The notes beneath the pieces are model-generated. The model was not told where the DNA came from. It saw nothing but the letters and a program-made list of their open reading frames with translations, and ran no database searches. A program made the position numbers and the translations under genes. Below are positions 27,172-38,580 of a DNA stretch of 64,000 nucleotides, piece by piece (position 1 is the first letter of the stretch; every line of letters begins with the position of its first letter). The DNA lies in NCBI GenBank assembly GCA_002104905.1, contig MCFE01000383.1:1-64000 (forward strand), written 5' to 3'. The DNA comes from Basidiobolus meristosporus CBS 931.73 (lineage: Eukaryota; Fungi; Basidiobolomycota).

Positions 27172-28434
27172 TCATCTTCTCCTGGGTTTTTTTCTCACAG
27201 GGATTACTACTGAAGCATTTGGTAGTGACTCACTTTGCACACCAATACTACTTCCTGGCTGACTATCATCTTGACTACTTGTGTATTTGTAGTCAGTATT
27301 TTGCCTCCTAGTTGATGAGTGCAATGCTGCAGCTTGGCCGTGCTGAATTGCTCCAACTGAACCAACTGAACCGGCCTGTAGTGCCACGCGCTGACGCGTT
27401 CTTTTACTTGCCAAGGGCTCCGGTGGTTGAGGCACTTCATGTTGGTCATCATCAGTCAGTTCACCAGAAGTAACTTGCTGATGGTCAGGCAAAATGGCAT
27501 GCACAGGCACGCCTTGACGCGTTGAGATGGCCCTTGGCTGAGTTCAATGTGATGCTGCATGTTGACGCAACTTGGTCCGCTCCAATGGACTTGTGTCTAA
27601 ATGAGCCATTTGGCAAGTTCTTGTAGTTTTGCTCTGAAGCGCGCACGTTGACCCAACGCGCGTTGACTCAATGCGTATTGACTTGATGCAGGGCGTTCTG
27701 GTAAAGGGTGTTGGCATGGTCTGGACTGACGTGAGCCGGTGCGCTGTGGTTGCAAGACATGGTAGGGAATCCAGCAAGGCGTGCTGGTGCGATCTGGACA
27801 ATGTTGCTCATGGTCTGTATTCTTCCTCCTGAAGCTCACCATCTGATTCATCAAGGTATTCACTTACCCTCTGTCTGATACTTTGGAGCTGTTGCCTGGA
27901 TGAGTCCTGGGTATATTGCTCTCAGAAGCCACTTAGCTCTACTAATATATCACATAGTACATTAGTCATTTGAGGCAAAAACTCATTCAAGATCTCTTTG
28001 GTTCCCAAAGTTGAGGCACAAATGGATGCGTCCGGCCTGTACTGTGCAAATTGCGCGCAAAATTGTTCCTGTGCAGCTTCTTTGTCAAATCCCCTCACTC
28101 TCAGCTCATTCTTGATTTCAATACTTGTCTTGTTGTATATCTTTTTACATACATTGGCTGGCATCTTGATGTAGAACTCATGCCACAGCTTTTTACTCAA
28201 ATCCTTCCATTTTTGTCAACTCTCTGAGGTATCTAGTTCTGCTAGATTAATCAGTAGTGCCCAAATATCTGTATGAAGGCTCATCATAGACACTTGGGCC
28301 ATACTAAAATCATTTGGTGAGAACTCAAACAGATCCAACATCAACTTTTCCTGTCCAGACCGCACTTGTGAGCTGGGGGATGGGTTTTTTCTGGGTAGTA
28401 CTAAAGATGAGTTGAGACTTGGTATGGGGACCAT
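27172..28434 (-). pseudogene. PHIS accessory ORF2, copy 2
   Basis: Single reading frame broken by TGA stops; contains QKWKDLSKKLWHEFYIKMPANVCKKIYNK (trihelix/Myb-like pattern). Confidence 0.7.
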
Positions 28435-28765
28435 AGTAATGGATTTGGATACTTATACAGCAGTATATTGGCATCAACCTGGTCTTATATGAAATATATA
28501 TGAAAACTAATGTGATTGTTGAATTTTCCATATATTATGCATGATGCATCTTGGATTGCATTGACACAAATCAGATCACATCAATTGCAGATTTCCTATT
28601 TGCTTATAGACCTTTGAGTAAAGCATCAATAAAAGTACCAAGGCATTGTTTGCGGATGATTTTTGCAACATAATGATGGGATACATGGCAATTGATGGAG
28701 ATTTAATCATAATGCATTAAAAATCAGATAAATAACACAGATTGCGCCAAATCAATTCAAACCGC

Positions 28766-29836
28766 TGTAGTGGGGTGACAGTGTCACCCACTGACAGATG
28801 TGCTCATTCCCTTATTTTCTACTTCCCTATATCTCTACTACACATATTTTAGTTTTATTCCACTTGTCTTACCTGATCAGTACTATCCCATAAGCCAGTT
28901 GACTATCACACCTGCTTACCTTATTGCACAAGTTACCCCTCACTTTATGTACGATTACTAGCTATAAGTGCTTCCATATTAGGCAAGTACCCATACCAGT
29001 ACCTGTGACACATGGTGAACCCATGTCACCATCCCTACCATTTCCATACCATATATGGTATCCCTATGTTACACAGGTTTCAGAATACCAATTCCTGATT
29101 GGTTGGAAGTGCTGTGCCTCTTAGAACCTTCTGGCACCTACTTAGAACATTTTTTAGGTCATTCTGATGTCATTAAGATTTCTATTGATATCCGGAACCT
29201 TCTGGAATACCATGCTAAGTAATCACTTTGCCAGTGAGAAAAGTATATAAGGGAGGCTATCCCTCAACAATAAATCATCATCCCTTTTATCAATATACCA
29301 ACTTGTTGATTAGTGTGATCACTGCTACCTGCTGCTACTTGAACTTCCAGCCCCAGACCACAGGACACTCCCAGGAAACCGCGCTGACAGCCAACTGACC
29401 TTGGAGGCACTACTTGTGAGGAATACACAGAGTAGGTATCTTTATTATATTTGATTCTTACCCAAGTTTGTTCTTGTACAGGCAAAGATACATTTCTGTC
29501 TTTGTAACTATTGATCACAGCTGCATTCTTATCAAGTCCCTGCTGGTGGAGTTTACAGTTGTTTTGACTTTGGAAGCTTTAGTACATTGTCATCTCAAAG
29601 GATGCTGAACCCAGCACATACTTTTGTTAAGACGCCAACTAAGTTGGGGATTGTAGCTCAATAGTTTTCCCTTGACAAGCTTGTGGCTTCATTCCCCTTC
29701 ACATTAGATTAGAGACAGAACCCAAGTATTCCTTGCAAGCTTTTACCAGAGGTTATTGCACCCAGTGAACACCCCACACACAAAACACTGGAGAAGTGTT
29801 GGACATATCTCTCCCTTGGACCTATACACCACCACA
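28766..29836. repeat. Probable solo LTR (1071 bp) inserted in PHIS copy 2
   Basis: Absent from copy 1. Termini TGTAGTG...CACCACA, 4-bp TSD CCGC/CCAC. Removing it makes copy 2 exactly the length of copy 1. Confidence 0.75.
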
Positions 29837-29867
29837 CCACGCCATACAATCATCCACCAATTTTAAT

Positions 29868-30752
29868 ATGACTTACCCATCTGAACGGTCTTTTCTCATT
29901 AATCCCATCACTACCACTAGATTTCCTTTTGACACACCAGAGGAGATCTATTCCTAGTACTGTGGACCATCTACCCCAATCTGACTCAAGGAGATCCCTT
30001 GTTAAGCTTCTCTGCTACTACAAGAACTGTTGCCCTACAAGGTTTCATACCACCATCCATGGCAACAAAAGTCCTAGAAGCTTTCATTCCCAGCTGACAG
30101 CAATGGAGAACCACCTTGCAGAGTATATGAATGACTTAGAGCAAGCTTGGAATACTAGGTTCAGAAGCTCCAATAGACTTCCATATCCCAGAGTGTTCAG
30201 CAACAGGTTCCATATCAGGAGTATTTTGGATACCTTCCCAGTGAGGAATAATAGACCTTCTAGAGGGCAGAGGCACTTTTATTCTGGCAAGTACAAGGCA
30301 CACTGTGTGAAGTTTCAAGCACTGACTGACATTGAGGGTAACATCATCTGGTTTAGTGGGCCATTTGCTGGAAGTAGGCATGACCAAGCACTCTGGGTAG
30401 AGAATCATCCTGAATTCAGTTGAGGGGAGAAATGTATGGCAGACTTAGCCTATCTAGGAGAGGATTGTCACAGATTAGGATGTATTACAGCTTATAGGAA
30501 GCCAAAGAATGGTGTGCTTAGCAGGAAGCAGAAGCTCTACAATGAGATATTTAATCATTTCAGAGTGAGGGTAGAGCACACATTTGGATATCTGAAGAGA
30601 TTCAGCATATTGGCAGGTAAATACAGAGGAAAGTCATATATAGGTGAAAACATCACAATAGGTAAAATTGTTAAGATACTTATTAATGCATAGTATACTC
30701 ATACAAGAAGACATCCACTGAGAGAAATGTGTCTGAAGCATTATGAAGAGTA
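29868..30752 (+). pseudogene. DDE_Tnp_4 transposase, copy 2, disrupted
   Basis: Homologous to 7731-8615, with a 5' frameshift and stops at 30421 and 30691. Confidence 0.85.
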
Positions 30753-30936
30753 AATAAAGCAAGGAAAGCACTATTCTGAGCAACATAAGTAAGATTGAGT
30801 AAAATTACCAGTAACTGTATCATACCACTGGCATCATGGTAGAAGTTATAGTGCCAGATAGTGCTGTAAAGTGTCAGATCAATCTGGCACTATAAACAGG
30901 CTGGCACTATGTGGCACTATCCAACTGAACAAGTCT

Positions 30937-32881
30937 AATCACTTTTATTGATGATTATAGAAGATACATGTGGGTCTACTTCATGAAAAGAAAGGACAAA
31001 GCGTTGTCTAAGGTCAGGGGGTTTTAAGTTATAGTGTAGTGAGGGACTAGTGGAAAATTAGGAAAATATGCTCTGAAAATGTTGGAGAATATACCTCAAA
31101 ACTCTTCATCTGCTTCAGCAAAACAAATGGGATAAAGCAAGAGACTCCTTTACTATACTCCCCACAGCAAAATGGAGTAGTAGAATGTGCAAATTGATCA
31201 ATAATAGATACAGCAACAGATATGATCCATAATCAAAATTTATCTGATAATATATAGGCAGAATCAGTTGCCACATCTGTATATCTTGAAAACAGGAGTT
31301 GTAGCAGAATACTTTTTGATTTTACACCATTGAGATATGGTATAGATATAGATCAAGTGTAGGACATCTAAGAATATTTGGGTGTACAGCAAACACCAAG
31401 AAACATTCAGGGTATTAAGCAAAATATAAGCCAAAAAGTGTAAAAGGCATGTTTGTGGGCTACTGCAATGAGAGTGAGGCATAGAGACTCTACAATATAA
31501 AAGCAAAGAAGCTGATCAAGTCCAGGAATGTGCTGCTTGATGAAAATTAAATTTTCACATAAAATAACATCAGATGATGCCAAAAATTTAATCTCAAGTC
31601 CAACAGTTGTCTGGACTGAATCAGAACAAAGCAATGAGTACTTTTTCATTCCATAGGACCCTAAAGCCATGGTTCAGCCTGATTCAGTGCCCAAGAATAG
31701 CCCAGAAGTGATTATTCCAGTGTCACAGTCCAGGAGATCTGACTTGACCAGTACTAGCACAAATTACAATATCAAAGAGGCTACAAACCTAGCCTTTGCC
31801 TATTTAGTACATATTGATGTGCCCTAGACTGTCAAAGAAGCCTAAAATAGTGCTCAGACAAAGTTGGTCAGCAGTCTGATGCATATCATGCCTGGAACAT
31901 GTCCAGATATCTCATATTCCATGGGAATTGTCAGCCAGCATAATCAGAACCATGGATCTGATCATATTGCAGCAGTTAAGCAGATTGTTAGACACCTAAA
32001 AGAAGCTACTGATATGTGCTTAAAATTTAATTATAGGGATTTAGAACAGGATCTTGTGAGATACTCTGATGCTGATTGGGGACAAAACTTAGAAGACAGA
32101 AGATCCCCACAGGATACACCTTTCTTTACTGTCAAGGAGAAATCTATGGAACTCAAGAGAGCAACTAATTGTAGCATTTTCTACCACAGAAGCAGAGCAT
32201 ATGGCAGTCTTTGAAGCAACAACAGAAGCAATGTGGCTAACAAGGCATCTTACAAATTTAGGTCTATGTCAAAAAATACCCATTACTTTATTTCAAGATA
32301 ATCAAGGATGTAAGCTCTTGGGTAGATATCCAACTTTTCATGCTATAGCTAACTATATAGATATTAGACATCACTTTGTATGTGAAGCTACTGAGAGTAA
32401 CTTAGTTATTATAACCTACTGTCCTTCAGATGAAATGATTGCCAAAATATTTATCAAACTATCAGCTAAAACAAGTTTGAATATCCTAGGGCAAAATTAG
32501 GACTAGTCAGTTTGAATATTCAGTTCAGTGGGAGTGTTGTAGAGAATTGTAACTCCACCTAAATACCAACCTAGGTAGTCACCTAGATCATTACCTTCAT
32601 ATTCCCTGGAATACTGACCGTATTCCTTGCTGGGGTTCACTGACATTATTTTCACCAAAACATCAGGTATTAAGAGCATAACATTCTTAAAGCTATCCAA
32701 ACAGCCCCAAACCTTGCACACATGCTTTTGCAGCCTTCCTAAACCTATTCTATATGTTTGCCATACCAAGACCATGTAAAAGTATAAATAATACTTTTAC
32801 ATTGAGAAGAGCATTTAGTGAAAACCAAATAGTCCACTTGTACTCTGAGTCACCTTCAATGTCTCCACAACTCTTACAACA
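30937..32881 (+). mobile_element. Decayed, internally deleted copia (IN to RH) with PPT and 3' LTR 32535-32881
   Basis: ITFIDDYRRYMWVYFMK, TPQQNGVVE, YSDADWG and YCPSDEMIA motifs; CAGTGGGAG then TGTTGTA...TTACAACA. Confidence 0.85.
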
Positions 32882-35077
32882 ATTTCAAGTTAGATCAGCC
32901 CTCTGAGATACCAGAAAGATTTGAAAGAATGGGCAAGATATTTCCAAGTATTCATTACCTAAAGTATTTCTTACAAGTTCCATTCAGTATTCATACTCTT
33001 ATGCTACAATACAAATGCAAGAACTGAATGAACTGGATACATACTTATTCAAATAGCCTTCTGAAGCAATTTCTACTCAGAGTACACTGGAAACATTGAG
33101 AGTCATATGTGGACATTGTAAGAATATCTATCCCAAAATGGATCACTAATGCCAACTGGATACATCTACAGCTTTTATACCTGGAGCATGTGATGGCTTT
33201 GAGTATTTATACTCAAAGCATAAAGCTGAATGCATAGATCTTTGCTACTACTGCATCCATTCTCTACTCCATCTTGCTCATTGTTTGAAGAATATTGAGC
33301 CTTGCTTCATCTTTTGGGAGTTTCCTATGAGACAAGGTATGGGGAGATAGAAAGACAAATTGAGTGATAAGTACTGCCATTTCTCAATCTCATCATGAAT
33401 ATGACCTTCAAGTCCATCATCAATGTGGTGAGTTGGCACATGGAGCACAGCCAGGAAGAGCTGGAAAATACTGAGGAGAGATGTGCATATGGAGACAACT
33501 ATACCTTTTGCTTTAAGAAGCTAAACAGCCCCAATGCATGTGTAATCAGCTAACTGATGCAAAGTTGGGCTGGATGTAAGAAGCCACTGATTTTTATTAG
33601 TACAACTTTACCTTAGTATGCTGAGTTTCTCCTGAGTACAAGCCAATTTCTACACCATTCAATACAGAATTCATACAAACAACAACCAGAGTGTACCTGT
33701 AAGGGGGACTAGAGTCCAGCAGGGAAAAGGAATATATTGGCCAAGTGCCTAAAGGTATTTTGCAGTTATTCAGAGGGATTCATGGCAAAAGTGGCAGCAA
33801 CCAAGCATTTGTTGCAAGATGTATATGTTAACAGCAATACAAGGCACATGGCAACTTTTCAAGTATCACACTGAAAAGCTGCAAAGTTGAGGTGATAGAA
33901 GTGTATCAGTTCCAGCAGATGTGCATGTATGCTGAGGTTAGTATGCAGGAGGACAAGTTTTATTTGATTTAAACTATGTGTTGAATACCCATGGTATTAG
34001 TGAGTAAGCAAATAAACTGGGGTGATTCTACAATGGTATATATGAATGGTGCAAGGGGAGGTAGCAAAAGAAAATACCATTTGGTAAATTGGTATGCTAA
34101 CTTTATACAGTACTAGCTGTAGGCTGCCACACTGCAACTATAATGCCAAGAGATATCTGCATCAAAGCTGTTACAGTACTGTCAAGTTTTTTCCATAAAT
34201 GGCAATTGGATGTACTGGCTGGTTGGCTCCACTCAAACAAGTGTAGGCCACTATAAAATTATAAGAATGCTATCATAATTCCATTAAAGGACAGTTTTGA
34301 TACAGTTAAGTTTATTAACCTATTGAGCAGTAAATTCAACAAAACACCATTACAATCCCATCATAAGATTGTAAGGAGGGTCAATAAATCCAAGCTGCTG
34401 GTATTATGATAGCCTCATTGCCATATCTTTACAGTTGATCTGGATTGGATCCACCCTTGGGACCAAATTATTGTCAAAGGGTGCAGGCTTAGTAACTAGG
34501 ATCACCCACCACAAGCCTTAATATATCATGGCCAAATTCTTTATGGGGATCTATGAGAGTGCTTCTACCAAGCTGCCAAGTTCCCAAAATATAAGAAATC
34601 TCAAGGCTGTATCAAAGTCCCAGACCTCTGCAGGTACACTCTTAGGATCTTTATTGGTCCAACTTGCCAGCAATGATAGGTTTGGAGAAATGACCAATTT
34701 GGGTTACTTATTGCAATATGATTAATAGCATAAGACAGTATGGTGTATATGGCTTGCTCAATCACCAACCTTGACATAGAAATACATACTATGAGGTCAA
34801 TGCATGAATGTACTGTTAGAAAATAATAACAAAAGGTGGACAGATTCACTTCATAACATCAACTGATATTCAAGTATCTCAAAGCTTGAAACTCCTGATA
34901 TCTTTGGTTCAAGCTATCTTGCAGACAGGCACGCACGTTTCCTACAATAATATTAGGCTAAATAGTTTACATGGCAAATTTGGTAATCAGCTAACCAATA
35001 CACTCACAAAGACTTGCAGCTAAAAAATTACAAGAAAAACACCAGCAGAATGCCAGCAAAAATTCCTTTAGGTAGTG
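32882..35077 (+). mobile_element. 3' part of a CACTA element including its right terminal inverted repeat
   Basis: 32882-34500 aligns to about 9725-10960. The terminus ...AATTCCTTTAGGTAGTG reads CACTACCTAAAGGAATT on the minus strand and is preceded by CCAGCA-type subterminal repeats. Confidence 0.75.
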
Positions 35078-35998
35078 ATCAGATCAGTTAACTTGGACAG
35101 TTCACACTTTCTGTAAAATGCAGCTGGAAGATGAAAGTTGATACAGTGCCAGTTTGGAGATAATCTAAATAGCATACACCAGATCTGCTGTAGCCAAAAA
35201 CCTGTCGAGACTATGCACTGTACATCTCTCCTACTGGTGTGGCTTATCATCAGCTTTGTTTCACTATTCTACATCGGCAATGTTTGCACTTTCACCAATA
35301 AAGAGAGTAAAAAGTTCCATGGGTAGGAGACGGAATGGCAGCTATGGTCCCATGATCTATTCATTACTATTCCTACCTGGTACGTAGGTCTACAACCGTG
35401 GGGATATTCAAGAATTCGTAGAGCCTAACGTATGGAGAGTTTCTATTGAGGTACAATGGGAACTTATATGTAGCATGTAAGACGAATGAAAATAATATCC
35501 ATCTGGATGCGTCTTTGGTCAAGATGCGGCAGATATAGACCATTGTTGGTATAGTGGTACACAAGCTAGTGACGAGCCCCATTGACAAGATCGAAACCAT
35601 TTTGAATGTGAAGAAGGAAATCCTCTACAGTTCTGACAATCAAGCAACTGCAGATCACATCTAAGACTGTAAACTAGCCAGGGACAGGTTGACCATTGCA
35701 TTCACTACGGACTGGCATGTTGTGCATGATTTTGCTCGAGAATATTATGAGGCTTGCCATTTGAGGGAACTTACAGGTTGAGCTCAAATGGCCAGAATTC
35801 GGGCGGGTTACACACTTCATGGACCATTGTATGATGGCAAATGCGGCCTCAGATAGAAGGATTCCTTATGTTAAATTTAAGCTTAGCCCGGTCGGTAGAT
35901 AACAATTGATTGGGCGAATGGGCAACTGGAATGGTAGGGCAGATCGATTTCTGATCAGAAATTCACCAATGTGACGGGTACGTCCATCGACTGAAGCC

Positions 35999-36005
35999 TA
36001 TAAAA
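35999..36005 (+). promoter_or_regulatory. Candidate TATA box of subtilisin copy 1
   Basis: TATAAAA 50 bp upstream of the ATG; similar CATAAA motifs lie upstream of copies 2 and 3. Confidence 0.35.
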
Positions 36006-36054
36006 GGCCCCACCAATGCACCTGAGTGCACCACATCTTTGATTCTTCATTTCC

Positions 36055-38580
36055 ATGCGAGCCATCTCCTTGCTAGTTCTTCTGCTTTCCCAGCTCGGAA
36101 ACAATGAGGCGTCATACACGAAGCGAGGCGTCCTGAGACGAGGACTGCTCGATATCGAGCGTAATTCAAACGAGGAACTGGCCCCATACATCGTTGAGTT
36201 TGAGGGATTCAGTGAGGACCCGAACGACCACCATCTTACCCACTTGGACTTCTTGAGCAACCTGGATGCCGTAGGCATTCGTTACAGCGAACGCGTTAGA
36301 TTCACCACTGTCCTCAACGCCATGTCACTCAACATCCACTCGAAGCATCCTGAACCTACTCGATGCCCATCCTCAGGTGAAAAGAATCTGGCCTGTGACG
36401 CAACACAGGCTTCATGCTCCTGTGCCACCATCCCCTTCGAGAGGACTTCCATCCGACTTGATCTCGAACATATACCTCTCTACGGCAGTGGACAGAGTGC
36501 ATCAGCAACTGAACAACACGGGGGCAGGATATCAAGGTGGGGATTGTTGACTCTGGTGTTGATTACAATCACCCATCGCTGGGCGGATGCTTCGGGCCAG
36601 GATGCAAGGTCGGCTATGGCTTCGATTTTGTAGGAGATAGGGTATTGAATGACAAGCCAGATGAGCGTCCTATGGATTGCAATGGTCATGGCACCCATGT
36701 AGCGGGTATAGTGGCCGCAAGGGATGCCAACTTCGTGGGAGTTGCTCCAGATGTGATCCTTGGAGCCTATCGTGCGTTGGGCTGTGATGGTACCGGAGAG
36801 ACCGACACGATTATTCAAGCCATCGAGAAGGCAGTCGATGACCATATGGACATTATCAACCTATCGTTAGGCAGTGAAACTCCATTCCCCGATATATTGG
36901 AGACTGCTATTGTTGAACGGGCCTCCAGTCGAGGAAGTCTGGTCATCGCAGCCGCGGGTAATTCTGGTGCTCAAGGACAATGGACCAGTCGGTGAGCCTT
37001 CAACTGCAAGAACAGCAATTGGAGTGGCCTCATTTGAAAGTCCTTCATATCCTGGACAGAAAGCAGTGCTGGACCAGTATCCCGAGCACCCAATCATATT
37101 TGGCTACGGAGACGGGAGGCCGATCTCTATTTCACATGCGAAAGTTACGGTCGTCACGTACGATGATTGCATGTCCATTCCCGCAAAACTGGGTGGGTCC
37201 GTTGCCGTATTGAACTCAAACGTATCGTCAGATGATTGTGACATGATCACTCAATATACAAAGGTTAAGGAAGCCGGAGCAGTTGCCATCATTGATGGAT
37301 CTACATCTGATGAACCCAACATCCCAGAAATACCCTTCGGTGTGAATCTACCCATTCTGGGCGCAGCAAAGAGGGACTTTGATTTTCTCATTAAATCTCT
37401 CAGGAACACAACCATCACCCTGACCACTTTGGGGAAGGTCCAACTCCATCCAAATCCATATGCAGATAAGCCATCCTCCTTCAGCTCATGGGGACCTGAT
37501 TTCGAGCTGAACCTGAAACCTGAGGTTGGCGCCCAGGTGGGAAGATCTACTCAACCTACCCACTTAGCCTTGGGAGGCTATGCCATATTGAGTGGAACCT
37601 CCATGGCTTCACCTTTCCTGGCGGGTGCTGGTGCACTTCTACTCCACGCACGCAGAACAGCCGGTCTTCCTACTGATGTCGACACAATGCGCAGTATACT
37701 GATCTCATCGGGAGCCCCAGCATTGGCCAATGTGACTACGGATCGATACGTTCCAGTGGGGAAACAGGGAACAGGTCTGATCAATGTCTGGAATGCCATC
37801 CATAAGACCACCTTGGTGAGCCCACTGAAAATATCCTTGAACGACACGGTCCATGCCAACCTAAGCCATGTCCTTACCATCACCAATACCAACACGATAC
37901 CCATCACCTACAACATCACTCATCGACCAGCGCTGTCAGTCAACGGCTATGACCCCCAGGGCTACCTAGTGGATTCGACCAACCTTGTGTTCTCCGAAGC
38001 CTCAGCTGAGGTACAGTTTGATACTGCCCAGGTTACCATTGAACCTGGGAAATCGGCTCAATTCTCAGCCCAATTTGCACCACCAATCATGAATAGCCAG
38101 CCATGGATATACAGTGGCTACATATTTGTGACTGGCTCAGATGGGAGTTCTCCGGCGGCAGTGCCTTACTTGGGTCTTGCAGGAGATATGAGTGAGCTTA
38201 GAGCGATCGACACCACCGGCCCCCATGCCCCCACTCTAGTGCATTCCAAATCCAAAAAGCCGGAAAAGGTTTATAACTTCAGCAGAAATGAAACCGCCAT
38301 TGTTATTATCCCGTTGCTTCATCCCACCAAGCTTATCGTAATCTACGTCACTGACAAGTCACAAGAGCCCATTGGCTATCTAACAGCCAGTGAGAATATG
38401 GGCCTGCCAGCCGATAGAATACTCACTCTGAAATTCAACGGAACCGTTCTGGGTAACGACGGGTCTGAGCAGGTGTTGAGCAACGGTCAATATCAGGTGG
38501 CGGTTAGATCAGCAGTTCCATTTTCCAGTCAAGAATCCGATGTCTGGATTTCATCCCCGATCCAGATCATCACCACGTGA
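36055..38580 (+). CDS. Secreted S8 subtilisin (signal peptide-I9-S8-PA-Fn3-like), copy 1, with five single-base indels (pseudogene or assembly error)
   Basis: Catalytic triad IVDSG, HGTHVAG, GTSMA. Indels at about 36348, 36529, 36987, 37533 and 37564 relative to copy 2. Confidence 0.9.

Larger units (their letters stand above)
26429..30936. mobile_element. PHIS DNA transposon copy 2 (3433 bp once the LTR insertion and its TSD are removed)
   Basis: TIRs AGACTTGTTCCAACG / CAACTGAACAAGTCT; colinear with 5366-8798. Confidence 0.9.

Noticed and set aside
36874-36995. MKLHSPIY... start of the 568-aa track ORF
   Set aside because: Artefact of the +1 indel at about 36987; the true frame upstream is the subtilisin.
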